A DNA stretch of 64,000 nucleotides from Myxococcota bacterium. GTDB taxonomy: Bacteria; Myxococcota_A; SURF-8. Each line of letters opens with the position of its first letter. The first letter of the stretch is position 1. The notes under the pieces are model-generated. The model was given only the letters and a program-made list of their open reading frames with translations, was not told the DNA's origin and did not search any database. The stretch is taken from the NCBI GenBank assembly GCA_963674735.2, contig CAXXQS010000001.1, positions 1,888,001 to 1,952,000 of the forward strand, read 5' to 3'. Made by a program: the position numbers and the translations under genes. This document shows, piece by piece, positions 20,896 to 29,816 of this stretch.

Positions 20896-22239
20896 TTGCC
20901 CAAACGCAAACTACATATCATCACCCATGGCTGTCAAATGAACCAGTACGACTCGCGCCGCATGCGAGAGCGATTGGCCGATGGCTGGACCGATGCCGCA
21001 ACGGCGGAAGATGCCGACTGCATCATCATCAATACCTGCTCGGTGCGTGAAAAACCGCAGAAAAAAGTATTATCCGAATTGTCCCGCCTCAAACCCCTCA
21101 AAAAGGATCGACCGGACCTGATCCTGGCGGTGGCGGGCTGCGTCGCGCAACAGGAAAGAGAGCATCTGCTCGATCTTGTGCCCTACTTGGATCTGGTGGT
21201 CGGCCCCGATCGCCTGTCCGAACTCCCGGAATTGATTGCGCGCGTCCAGTCGGGAAAACGTATCGTCCGCACCGGCTTCGAACCGGATGGGTTTACGCTG
21301 GACACCCTGGCTCCCCATCCGAGTCTGGGTCAAAACGGCCAGGTCAGCGCCTTCGTCGCCGTACAAAAAGGATGCGACCACTTCTGCACGTATTGCATCG
21401 TTCCCCACGTGCGCGGCCGCGAGAAAAGCCGTCCCCTCAACGAAGTAACCGAAGAAATTCGCTCCTACGCCGCCGTCGGTATCAAAGAAATCACGCTGCT
21501 TGGGCAAAACATCAACAGTTACGGAAACGACTTTCCCCAAGGCCCTGATTTCGTGGATCTTCTGGCGGCATCCGCCGAAATCGACGGCATCGAGCGCCTG
21601 CGCTTCGTCACCTCTCATCCCGCCGCAATGACCGACCGCCACATTGACGCCATGGCGGATATCCCCAAGATCTGCCCTTACCTGCATCTGCCGATTCAGG
21701 CTGGATCGGATCGTATTCTGAGCGCCATGAAACGTGGATATACTTGCGCGGAATATTTAAACATAATCCGCCGTCTAAAGGAAAGAACGCCGAATCTGGC
21801 GCTGTCGGGAGACATCATCGTTGGTTTCCCGGGAGAAACGGAAGCGGATTTTCAGGAAACGCTTAGAGTCCTAGAAACGGTCCGGTACGATTCGTTGTTT
21901 TCTTTCGTTTATTCGGTCCGTCCCGGTACGAAAGCGGCTAATTTGCCGGATGACGTTTCACGAGAAGCAAAACTTGAGAGACTTGCGAGGCTTCAGACAT
22001 TGCAAAAAGAGATCACACGCGAGGCCAATCTACACATGGTCGGAAGCATCCAGGAGGTTCTGTTGGAACAGGTCAGCAAAAGAAGCCCTTTGGATTTGAG
22101 TGGACGCACTCCCTGCAACAAAGTCGTCAACGTCAAAGCGGATAAAAGGCTGCTTGGATCAACCGTGCCGGTTGAAATCTCTGCCGCCTACCAAAATTCC
22201 CTGCGTGGCACCATCATCGAGAAACAACTTGGGAGATAG
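20896..22239 (+). CDS. miaB: tRNA-2-methylthio-N6-dimethylallyladenosine synthase
   Basis: THGCQMN, NTCSVREK, GCVAQ, radical SAM CDHFCTYC, RFVTSHP, C-terminal TRAM domain. Confidence 0.96.
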   Translation: MPKRKLHIITHGCQMNQYDSRRMRERLADGWTDAATAEDADCIIINTCSVREKPQKKVLSELSRLKPLKKDRPDLILAVAGCVAQQEREHLLDLVPYLDLVVGPDRLSELPELIARVQSGKRIVRTGFEPDGFTLDTLAPHPSLGQNGQVSAFVAVQKGCDHFCTYCIVPHVRGREKSRPLNEVTEEIRSYAAVGIKEITLLGQNINSYGNDFPQGPDFVDLLAASAEIDGIERLRFVTSHPAAMTDRHIDAMADIPKICPYLHLPIQAGSDRILSAMKRGYTCAEYLNIIRRLKERTPNLALSGDIIVGFPGETEADFQETLRVLETVRYDSLFSFVYSVRPGTKAANLPDDVSREAKLERLARLQTLQKEITREANLHMVGSIQEVLLEQVSKRSPLDLSGRTPCNKVVNVKADKRLLGSTVPVEISAAYQNSLRGTIIEKQLGR

Positions 22240-22241
22240 TC

Positions 22242-22745
22242 ATGGCGGCTGGAAAAGAAATGCGATTGGTATCGTTGGATTTGGAATTGACCCGCCAGAT
22301 GCCGACTGCGGTCTTATGCGGCGTGGAAAGCGGACAAACCTTGCCGCTTTGGATCGAATACGACACCGTCGATTTTCTCATGGATGCCATGCAAGACAGC
22401 AATTCCGGTGAAGAAGGCGTTATCAAAACCTTGCTGGCAGCGATTGCCGCCCTTGAAGGTCAAATCGATCACATCGAATTGACCGGGGATGAAGCGGAAA
22501 ATTATTCGGCTCATGTCATTTTATCGCATAACAACGAACAGTTAAAAACCGTGTCGGCCCCCATCGGCCTGGCGCTGGCCTTGGCAATACGCACGAAACG
22601 ACCGATTTTCGCGGATGAAACCATTCTGCCCGAAATCTGCACCCTCGACACTCATGCCCAATCCGGCGGGAAAACAATCGACGATCGTGCTTCGGAAGGC
22701 TTCTCGCCTCTGATTGGATTATCGGACGACAAATACAAAATGTAA
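22242..22745 (+). CDS. Bifunctional nuclease family (DUF151)-like protein, divergent
   Basis: TLPLWI, ALALAIRTKRPIF, terminal KYKM; typical position after miaB. Confidence 0.7.
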   Translation: MAAGKEMRLVSLDLELTRQMPTAVLCGVESGQTLPLWIEYDTVDFLMDAMQDSNSGEEGVIKTLLAAIAALEGQIDHIELTGDEAENYSAHVILSHNNEQLKTVSAPIGLALALAIRTKRPIFADETILPEICTLDTHAQSGGKTIDDRASEGFSPLIGLSDDKYKM

Positions 22746-22912
22746 TCCCCGGGAATTCTCCATTCTGCTTGCAAACCGGTGGCGTTCCATCCCTAATATG
22801 ATATAATTCGAATCGTTATCTCCAGCCCTTTTCATTAACCAGGGTTGTTCTTCCTGACCTGGAGCGAAGGATATTCCTCCGCTCAGATAGCCATTACGGC
22901 CTGGGAGGCATT

Positions 22913-24514
22913 ATGCAGGCGATCATCCATGCATTCGGAACCGAGAATCAAAAACGACAGAAAGCACTGGCGATTCAGCTGTTTTCATCGGCCATGCTTA
23001 CAATCTTCGTGATATTTGGAGCCATAGCTTGCTCCAGTGACGATGACGACGGTCTTACCGACTCCGATGCACCCACCGACGGCGATCAATCGCCCATCGT
23101 GACAGACCATGAATTTCCAACAACTGACGGCGACACGACCCCGGATGGCGATAGCGAGGAGGGAGACTTGGACGTATCGGAAACGGAATCCGATGTGGAT
23201 CAGGATCTGGAATTTGCGGATGGCGATCTCGACGGCGAGCAGTCGGAAACGTTCGAGTACGAGAATGAATACAGCGATTTCGCCCCCGACGGCGATTTCG
23301 AGTGGGAGATTCCGGGAGGCGACGAAGACCCGACCGATATCGGCGAACAAGCCGCCGATGAGCTGGTACTGCCTTTCGATAACCGCGAAGTCATGGAGTT
23401 GACCCCTTTTTGCGCCTGGACTTACCAGGTCGAAAATGCAGCAGAATCACGTGCGGGGCAAGTCGCCACCGCCGTTTGCCTAAGCGACCCGCTCGGTAGC
23501 GATGAATTGTACCGCCACGACGGCGAGAACGCCTTGGCCAATCCGCCGCTACGCAGTTCCTTCGCACTTGCCAATGAAAACATGGGCTGGGCCGTTTATC
23601 GTCCTTTCAACGCCGATGGTCGAATCGACCATGACAGCCAAGTCGTATTTCGACGAGAGGAAAAGCTGAATACCGGTAAAATCGAGGTCGCTTACTTCAG
23701 CGCCGATATCCCGGCAATCGACAATTGCCGCTTTGTGCAGACCGCCGCTCTGCCCGTTCAGTCGGACGAAAAGGACGACCAGGTCGATTTTCTGGCGGCC
23801 TATGTATGGGAATATGACGACGAGAACGCCTACCTCGTCACCCGCCCCTACCGGGCCATAACCGGGCCCGAAAACGACGCCTCCATCACCGCTCTCGCGG
23901 ACCCGACCTATATCACCCTGAATTATGGGTTTCGACAAGCATCGCAAGTACGCATTGTCAATCACGCCAACCAGGTGTGGTTGAATGCCGGGGACTCCCT
24001 GCACGCACTCAGCTCCAGCGGCGAATATTTGAACAGTCACCGTCTCAACCTGATCCTCGACGACGATTCACGTTTCGATCTCATCGATTTCGCCATTTCT
24101 TCAGACGGCGTCTACATCAGCACGCTGACGCAAGTCGAGTTTACCAATGGCTCTCTCGAAACGGTATGGACTCTCCAACCTGCCGCCACCCCGCATCAGG
24201 TAACCAAGCTTTGGCGTTTCGGATATGAATACAATGCCTACCGCACCGCTTTCAGCGCCGACAGCCGCTATGCCATGGTGGCCAACGGCGACCCGAATAC
24301 GTACGACGACCTGTATGTTATCGACCTCGACCGCAGCCCGTTAAGCGTTCAGGCCACCAACCAGCCCGTTTGGGGACGTCCGCTTTCCTTTGACGACCCC
24401 TCACGACTCTTGCTGGCCTTTCCGATTTCAAGCGATCTGTTCCGCTCCGTGGATCTTCGAATCGATTCCGTTGCATTCAGTACGTTGCTCGACCGGTCCT
24501 TCAACCTGGAATAG
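22913..24514 (+). CDS. Hypothetical lipoprotein with DGD-repeat linker and beta-rich (propeller-like) C-terminus
   Basis: AIAC lipobox then TDGD/PDGD/ADGD acidic linker. Confidence 0.7.
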   Translation: MQAIIHAFGTENQKRQKALAIQLFSSAMLTIFVIFGAIACSSDDDDGLTDSDAPTDGDQSPIVTDHEFPTTDGDTTPDGDSEEGDLDVSETESDVDQDLEFADGDLDGEQSETFEYENEYSDFAPDGDFEWEIPGGDEDPTDIGEQAADELVLPFDNREVMELTPFCAWTYQVENAAESRAGQVATAVCLSDPLGSDELYRHDGENALANPPLRSSFALANENMGWAVYRPFNADGRIDHDSQVVFRREEKLNTGKIEVAYFSADIPAIDNCRFVQTAALPVQSDEKDDQVDFLAAYVWEYDDENAYLVTRPYRAITGPENDASITALADPTYITLNYGFRQASQVRIVNHANQVWLNAGDSLHALSSSGEYLNSHRLNLILDDDSRFDLIDFAISSDGVYISTLTQVEFTNGSLETVWTLQPAATPHQVTKLWRFGYEYNAYRTAFSADSRYAMVANGDPNTYDDLYVIDLDRSPLSVQATNQPVWGRPLSFDDPSRLLLAFPISSDLFRSVDLRIDSVAFSTLLDRSFNLE

Positions 24515-24522
24515 CAAAACCC

Positions 24523-25326
24523 ATGTCCGTTTCTCTTGCAAACGAAATATCCGCCGCTTCTTCGGACAGCGAAGACACGATCATCCGCTTCGATCGGGTA
24601 TCGAAATCCTTCGGGGACAAACTGGTCCTATCGGAGGTCAGTTGCGATATCCGGCGAAATAAAATCACGGTGATTGTGGGGCCATCCGGCGTTGGAAAGT
24701 CGGTCTTCATCAAACATTTGGTGGGATTGATCAAGCCTGATTCCGGGCAGGTGCTGGTCGATGGCATCGATGTGACGGGGCTCAAACGACGCGAATTATT
24801 CGCGTTGCGTAAACGCTTCGGCATGATGTTTCAAGACGGAGCCTTGTTCGATTCGATGACCGTCGGGGAGAACGTCGCGTTTCCGCTCACGCAGCACACC
24901 GACCTCTCCCGCCCCAAGATGAAAGCGATTGTGGCCGACAAACTGCGTTCGGTGGGGTTGCCCGGTATCGAAGCCCTCTATCCCTCGGAACTCTCTGGAG
25001 GTATGCGAAAACGGGTGGGTTTCGCGCGCGCGATTGTGATGGAACCGGAAATCGTTCTGTTCGACGAACCCAATTCGGGGCTCGATCCGGTGATGGCCGA
25101 TGCCATCGACAGCCTGATTTTGAACATGCAACGCGAACTGGGCATCACCTTCCTGGTCATCTCCCACGACATCGCCTCCACGCGCCGGATTGCGGATTAC
25201 GTCGGCATGTTGTACGACTCACGCCTGATCGCCTTTGGTGAACGCGAGGCCGTCTTCGGCTCCGACGACCCTATCCTGCAGCAGTTTTTCGCTCGCTGCG
25301 CCGATGGACCCATCCAAGTGGTGTAA
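24523..25326 (+). CDS. ABC transporter ATP-binding protein, MlaF/Mkl family
   Basis: GPSGVGKS, FQDGALFDSMTVGENVAFPL, LSGGMRKRVG, FDEP, SHD. Confidence 0.9.
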   Translation: MSVSLANEISAASSDSEDTIIRFDRVSKSFGDKLVLSEVSCDIRRNKITVIVGPSGVGKSVFIKHLVGLIKPDSGQVLVDGIDVTGLKRRELFALRKRFGMMFQDGALFDSMTVGENVAFPLTQHTDLSRPKMKAIVADKLRSVGLPGIEALYPSELSGGMRKRVGFARAIVMEPEIVLFDEPNSGLDPVMADAIDSLILNMQRELGITFLVISHDIASTRRIADYVGMLYDSRLIAFGEREAVFGSDDPILQQFFARCADGPIQVV

Positions 25327-25400
25327 GGACGGCTTGCAAGCATTCCCACTCCGGATTTTCCTTCGATCGTATTTGGAAGAAATCACCGTTTGGCGATCGA

Positions 25401-26225
25401 TCACACCCAGCTGTTGGTCATCACTTCGCCGATGCCGCCGCCACCGGGAACGATGTAGTGAATGTCCGTCAATCCGCGTTCCTCATCCCAACGTTCGCCG
25501 GGTTTGGTCGCCAAAACATCCGGTGCGGACAAGCCCCGGTCGAGTCGAATGGCGTAGATGATCACATCGGGATGGTTGGTGGTCAGGTTTTTCAAATATT
25601 CAGGCGTCACGATCAGGTGCATGGCTACAGTCTTCTGGGGTTGCCCCGCCCCGACCTGCTTGTAGGTGTCGAGCGTCTGCACGATGGAGGAACCGGTGGC
25701 TCCCATGGGATCGGGCAGAAGCAGGATGCGCCCGTCGAGCGCACCGCCGATTTTGGAGCTGGAAACATTCGCGCCGGTGACATGCTGCTGTTCGTCGGTG
25801 GCGCGGGCGACAAAGAAGCAGTCCAGACGCACCCCGGCCGGATTGACCAGCAGATTGAGTTGATCGTACACCACCTGGGAGGGCAGGATCCCGGCGCGCG
25901 CCACCTGCGCCACGGCCACCTTCACCTCGGAATCGAGGTTGTGTCCACGATAGACTCCGTGCTCGGTGCTGGCGATCATGCGGCTGGGAATCTCGACGTT
26001 CTGACTCGGGAATTCGGCGTTGACCGCAATCTTCAACAAGTCGATATAGAGTTCGGTAAAGAGGCGATTGGCATCGGGTTGGGCGGTCTTTTCCGCGCAC
26101 ACCTTGGCTAAAAGCGTCATCAGCACCGGCGTCGAAACGATATGCACGTTCGGCCCGTAAGCATGTTCCACTTCGGGAACCTGATAAGGCAGATTCCGGT
26201 ACTGGCAGTCGACACTTTTTCCCAT
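25401..26225 (-). CDS. upp: Uracil phosphoribosyltransferase-like protein
   Basis: ARAGI, LLPDPMGATGSS PRPP-binding loop, YIVPGGGGIG; start after a GGAGG RBS. Confidence 0.75.
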   Translation of the reverse strand: MGKSVDCQYRNLPYQVPEVEHAYGPNVHIVSTPVLMTLLAKVCAEKTAQPDANRLFTELYIDLLKIAVNAEFPSQNVEIPSRMIASTEHGVYRGHNLDSEVKVAVAQVARAGILPSQVVYDQLNLLVNPAGVRLDCFFVARATDEQQHVTGANVSSSKIGGALDGRILLLPDPMGATGSSIVQTLDTYKQVGAGQPQKTVAMHLIVTPEYLKNLTTNHPDVIIYAIRLDRGLSAPDVLATKPGERWDEERGLTDIHYIVPGGGGIGEVMTNSWV

Positions 26226-26468
26226 CATTTCCTCCATGTGCTGAACCCCGACAACTCCTGCTTCCGTCGCAGACAGTAAACGACAAAGCGCCCGATTCCG
26301 CAAGCCTTTTCATGCTCCATGCCGCCCCGACACTGAATCGCGGAGGCAAACGGATTGTCGAAAGTGGAACGGCAATCTCGGCTTCAGCTTTTTTCGAGAT
26401 AAACTTGAAACATGTCGTTGCTTTGAATAGTGTAAACCGACGAATCGACATCTTACCCGAATCCATGT

Positions 26469-28025
26469 ATGGGAGTCGCGATGCTGATCCTACAACGACC
26501 GCTGATACTATTTCTGTTCTCGGTTCTGACGGCGATCTTGTCTGCCGCTTGCGGTGACGACTCGTCCATGCCTGACGGCGATCTCGACGGGGAAACGGCG
26601 AACGGCGAGTCCGACATACCCGATAGCGACGCAGACAGCCCAGGCGAGGAGAGCCCCGACGGTGACCTCGACGCCCCGGAAGGCGAAGAAGGTGAAGCAG
26701 ACACACTGCGCGTGTTCTACACCGAAGACGGCTTTATCCGCGACCGCGACGGACGGGCCATCATCCTGCGCGCCATCGCCTTTCCTTCCAAAGACCTGGA
26801 TTACTGGTCCGAACAGCCGCCCGACCAGGATGAGACCGATCTCGCCTTTATCGCCGAATCGGGCTTCAACGCCATTCGCCTTGGCATCAACTGGTCCCGT
26901 ATCGAACCCGAACGCGATCAGTACGACGAAAGCTATCTCGATCTGGTGGCGCGTCACGCACGTCTGGCGGCGGACCAGGGGCTTTACATCTTCATCGACA
27001 TGCATCAGGATCTTTACGGCGTGGGATTCGGTCTTGAAGGCGCGCCCTACTGGACCTGCGACGAGGCGTATTACGAATCGTTCGAGCCCATCGAGCCGTG
27101 GTTTTTCAACTATTTTTCGGAAGAAGTCAAAGCCTGCTTCGACGGGTTCTGGGAAAGCGAGGAATTGCAGCGCCACCAGCGAAACGCCGCCGCCGCACTG
27201 GCCTCGCGCCTGACCGACAACGCGTACATTCTGGGTTTCGATACTTTCAACGAACCGCTGCCGGGGAACATGAGTTGGGACGATTTCGGCCGCGACGCCC
27301 TGTGGCCTTTCCAGGAGCGTTTTTTCGAGGCTCTAAACGCCGCCCTGCCGGGACGCATGGTCTTTTTCGAACCGGCGGTCACCTTCTCCGCTACCCTCTC
27401 GACCACTATGACGGGACCGCAGGGAGGCTTTCCGGCTGTTTTTGCGCCGCATTATTACAACCAGTCGGTCGAAAACGATTGGCTGTGGGACGGCGATCCC
27501 ACTTCCGACCGGGCCGCCATCGACGCCATCGCCGCCGAGGCCGAGCGCATGAACGTTCCCTGGGTGCTGGGGGAAATGGGGGGAGATCGACGCACGACCA
27601 ACCTCGACGACTACCTGATGTCGCTGTATGCCATGATCGACGAAAAGATGGCCAACAGCGCCATCTGGATTTTCTCGAAGGGTACCAAGGGCTTCGGGCT
27701 TTACGATTCGGAAAAACAGGACTGGACCGAGCACGCCTCGGCTTATTTGCGTCCCGCCCCTTCGGCGGTGGCAGGCACCCCGCAGCATTTCGCCTGGAAT
27801 TACGACAGCTTGACCTTCACGCTGACCTGGGATGAAAAGCCCGGTATCGGCGACACGGAAATCCTGATTCCCAAATGGATGCGCGAGGCGGGGCTGACCC
27901 TCACCGTCGACGGCTCCCCCGCCATACCGGAATACTCCGAGCATCACCGCCTGATCGTTCCCGCAGGCGACGCAGCCGTCACCCGCTCGCTGGAAATCAT
28001 CGTGAAGGAGGAGGATGGGGGGTAG
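26469..28025 (+). CDS. GH5 glycoside hydrolase lipoprotein (endoglycoceramidase-like) with DGD linker
   Basis: LSAAC lipobox; PDGD repeats; GFNAIRL..WSRIEP, DMHQDLY, FNEP acid/base, APHYY, LGEMG nucleophile. Confidence 0.88.
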   Translation: MGVAMLILQRPLILFLFSVLTAILSAACGDDSSMPDGDLDGETANGESDIPDSDADSPGEESPDGDLDAPEGEEGEADTLRVFYTEDGFIRDRDGRAIILRAIAFPSKDLDYWSEQPPDQDETDLAFIAESGFNAIRLGINWSRIEPERDQYDESYLDLVARHARLAADQGLYIFIDMHQDLYGVGFGLEGAPYWTCDEAYYESFEPIEPWFFNYFSEEVKACFDGFWESEELQRHQRNAAAALASRLTDNAYILGFDTFNEPLPGNMSWDDFGRDALWPFQERFFEALNAALPGRMVFFEPAVTFSATLSTTMTGPQGGFPAVFAPHYYNQSVENDWLWDGDPTSDRAAIDAIAAEAERMNVPWVLGEMGGDRRTTNLDDYLMSLYAMIDEKMANSAIWIFSKGTKGFGLYDSEKQDWTEHASAYLRPAPSAVAGTPQHFAWNYDSLTFTLTWDEKPGIGDTEILIPKWMREAGLTLTVDGSPAIPEYSEHHRLIVPAGDAAVTRSLEIIVKEEDGG

Positions 28026-28067
28026 GAAGTGGGAAAAGGCAGAATTTGTTTTAGTGTCGGTGCAGTA

Positions 28068-29813
28068 TTATCCACGATGGCCACTAGATTCTGCCACTTT
28101 TTCGGGTGCACAATAGTACCGATGCTTGGTTTTGCCCCAAGTTGGGATCATTTCCCTTATGGTTTGTTTTTGTTCCTCTCCCAGATTATCTGCAGGCTGT
28201 TGCAAACGCTGATTTTTAATCCGGCGTATCTTCAACACATGACAAATATAACGAATGAGGGCAACAATATTGGCAGATAGGTTTATCAAGAAAGAATAAA
28301 GCGGACCGATCATAAGCAGAGTCCTAATAATAAAGCCCCAAACTTGGTCCGGGCCATACACTGCCCGTATGGAAATTGCTTTTACTACCAGGCGCTCAAC
28401 CAACAGCAATAGTATCAGCACCATAATTGCAGGATGAAGTATCTTTCCAGACCAACCCAATGCAATAAAGTCGGATAAAGGCATGAATGACAACAAATAG
28501 AGAGATAGAATCAAGCTGGAAATGTTTATATTACCTACAAGCATCATTTTTCTGTCCCGATACAGCGTGTACTTGGTCGCGAAATCTCCTTGCCAACTTT
28601 TTAGAAAATCCTTTGCCACACTTCGTTCTATACCTGGAAACATGGATTGATACACAACTCCCATCACCCATCGAGATTTTTGCCATATCGCTTCACGGAG
28701 TGTCTGCGGAAAGTATTCTCTGGTCGCAATATATGCATGGCCACTGCCTCTTTGGTTCCAGAAACAATGGGAAACCCCTTCTCTATGCAACTTGAGGGCG
28801 ATTTCGTAGTCTTCCGTCAGATGATATGGATTGAACAGCATGCCATCCGACCTATCATCCAAGAGCTTCTTCAAAGCTGAGCGTGCAATACCTGTTCCGA
28901 CACCGGCAGAAGGAACCAATCCTCCAATTCGCCACCTTGAAACAAGGTCTTTGGTGTGCGCTTCTGCAAACTCTTCCAAATATACGGCCGAAACTAGGTA
29001 ATGATGGACTTTCTTAAGTATCGTTGCGGAAACATGATTAACTCGCATCAGCATTGAAGAAACACGTCCCCTGATAAATAGGTCTTTTTCATTTTCAGAG
29101 ACAAACGAATTCTGCATATTTGACCAGTCGTCTCGCTCCGGCCAAAACGCCTGAGGGAGGGCAAACACGGGAGTCTGAACGAATTCGTAATGTTGCCTCG
29201 TCATCAATTCGTTGAATAGTTTTAGTTCCTCAGGATGAATAACATCTTCTGCATCATGTAAGACCATTATCGAAAACTTTAAGTCATTATCACCTTTAAG
29301 CGAACTGGAATTCTCATAGTCTTCTATATAGCGATAGATCTGATTCAAGTTGTCGGCTTTGCTTGTCGGGCCTCTATTTAAGCCAATAACCATGTGAACT
29401 TCCGGATAACAACCTTCGATTTGAGCTTCGGGCCGTTTTTTGCGATCCATCTCTTGCATATCCTTCAAATTCTGAATCACCCGCCTTACCTCTTTTTGCG
29501 TTTCCCTGTCATTTGGATAGAGACCCACAAAGATATGATAATTGGAATACTGTATAGATTTGATATTATTAATCAACATATCACCAATCACCGCAGCCTC
29601 ATGCCAGACCGGTACCAAGATGGCGATCGTCTGCTCGGCAAGGGCTTGATGACTATCACTGCCAGATCGCAGCTTTTTGTCGTTTTTTCTTTTCAGGATG
29701 TAATGAGTAAAAACGATATCGATAAGCAAATCATCAATTCCATTCAGCAAAGCCGTACTGACAATCAGAATTGAAAGAATAATAACAATCTCATCCGACT
29801 CTCCGCCAATCAT
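28068..29813 (-). CDS. NfrB-like family 2 glycosyltransferase (no C-terminal MshEN domain)
   Basis: GIDDLLIDI, AILVPVWHE, YPND, GPTSKADNLN, LHDAED, VPSAGVG, LTEDYE, REYFP, QKSRW, RDRK, WGKTKH match the motif order I recall for E. coli NfrB; AT-rich. Confidence 0.85.
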   Translation of the reverse strand: MIGGESDEIVIILSILIVSTALLNGIDDLLIDIVFTHYILKRKNDKKLRSGSDSHQALAEQTIAILVPVWHEAAVIGDMLINNIKSIQYSNYHIFVGLYPNDRETQKEVRRVIQNLKDMQEMDRKKRPEAQIEGCYPEVHMVIGLNRGPTSKADNLNQIYRYIEDYENSSSLKGDNDLKFSIMVLHDAEDVIHPEELKLFNELMTRQHYEFVQTPVFALPQAFWPERDDWSNMQNSFVSENEKDLFIRGRVSSMLMRVNHVSATILKKVHHYLVSAVYLEEFAEAHTKDLVSRWRIGGLVPSAGVGTGIARSALKKLLDDRSDGMLFNPYHLTEDYEIALKLHREGVSHCFWNQRGSGHAYIATREYFPQTLREAIWQKSRWVMGVVYQSMFPGIERSVAKDFLKSWQGDFATKYTLYRDRKMMLVGNINISSLILSLYLLSFMPLSDFIALGWSGKILHPAIMVLILLLLVERLVVKAISIRAVYGPDQVWGFIIRTLLMIGPLYSFLINLSANIVALIRYICHVLKIRRIKNQRLQQPADNLGEEQKQTIREMIPTWGKTKHRYYCAPEKVAESSGHRG

Positions 29814-29816
29814 CAA

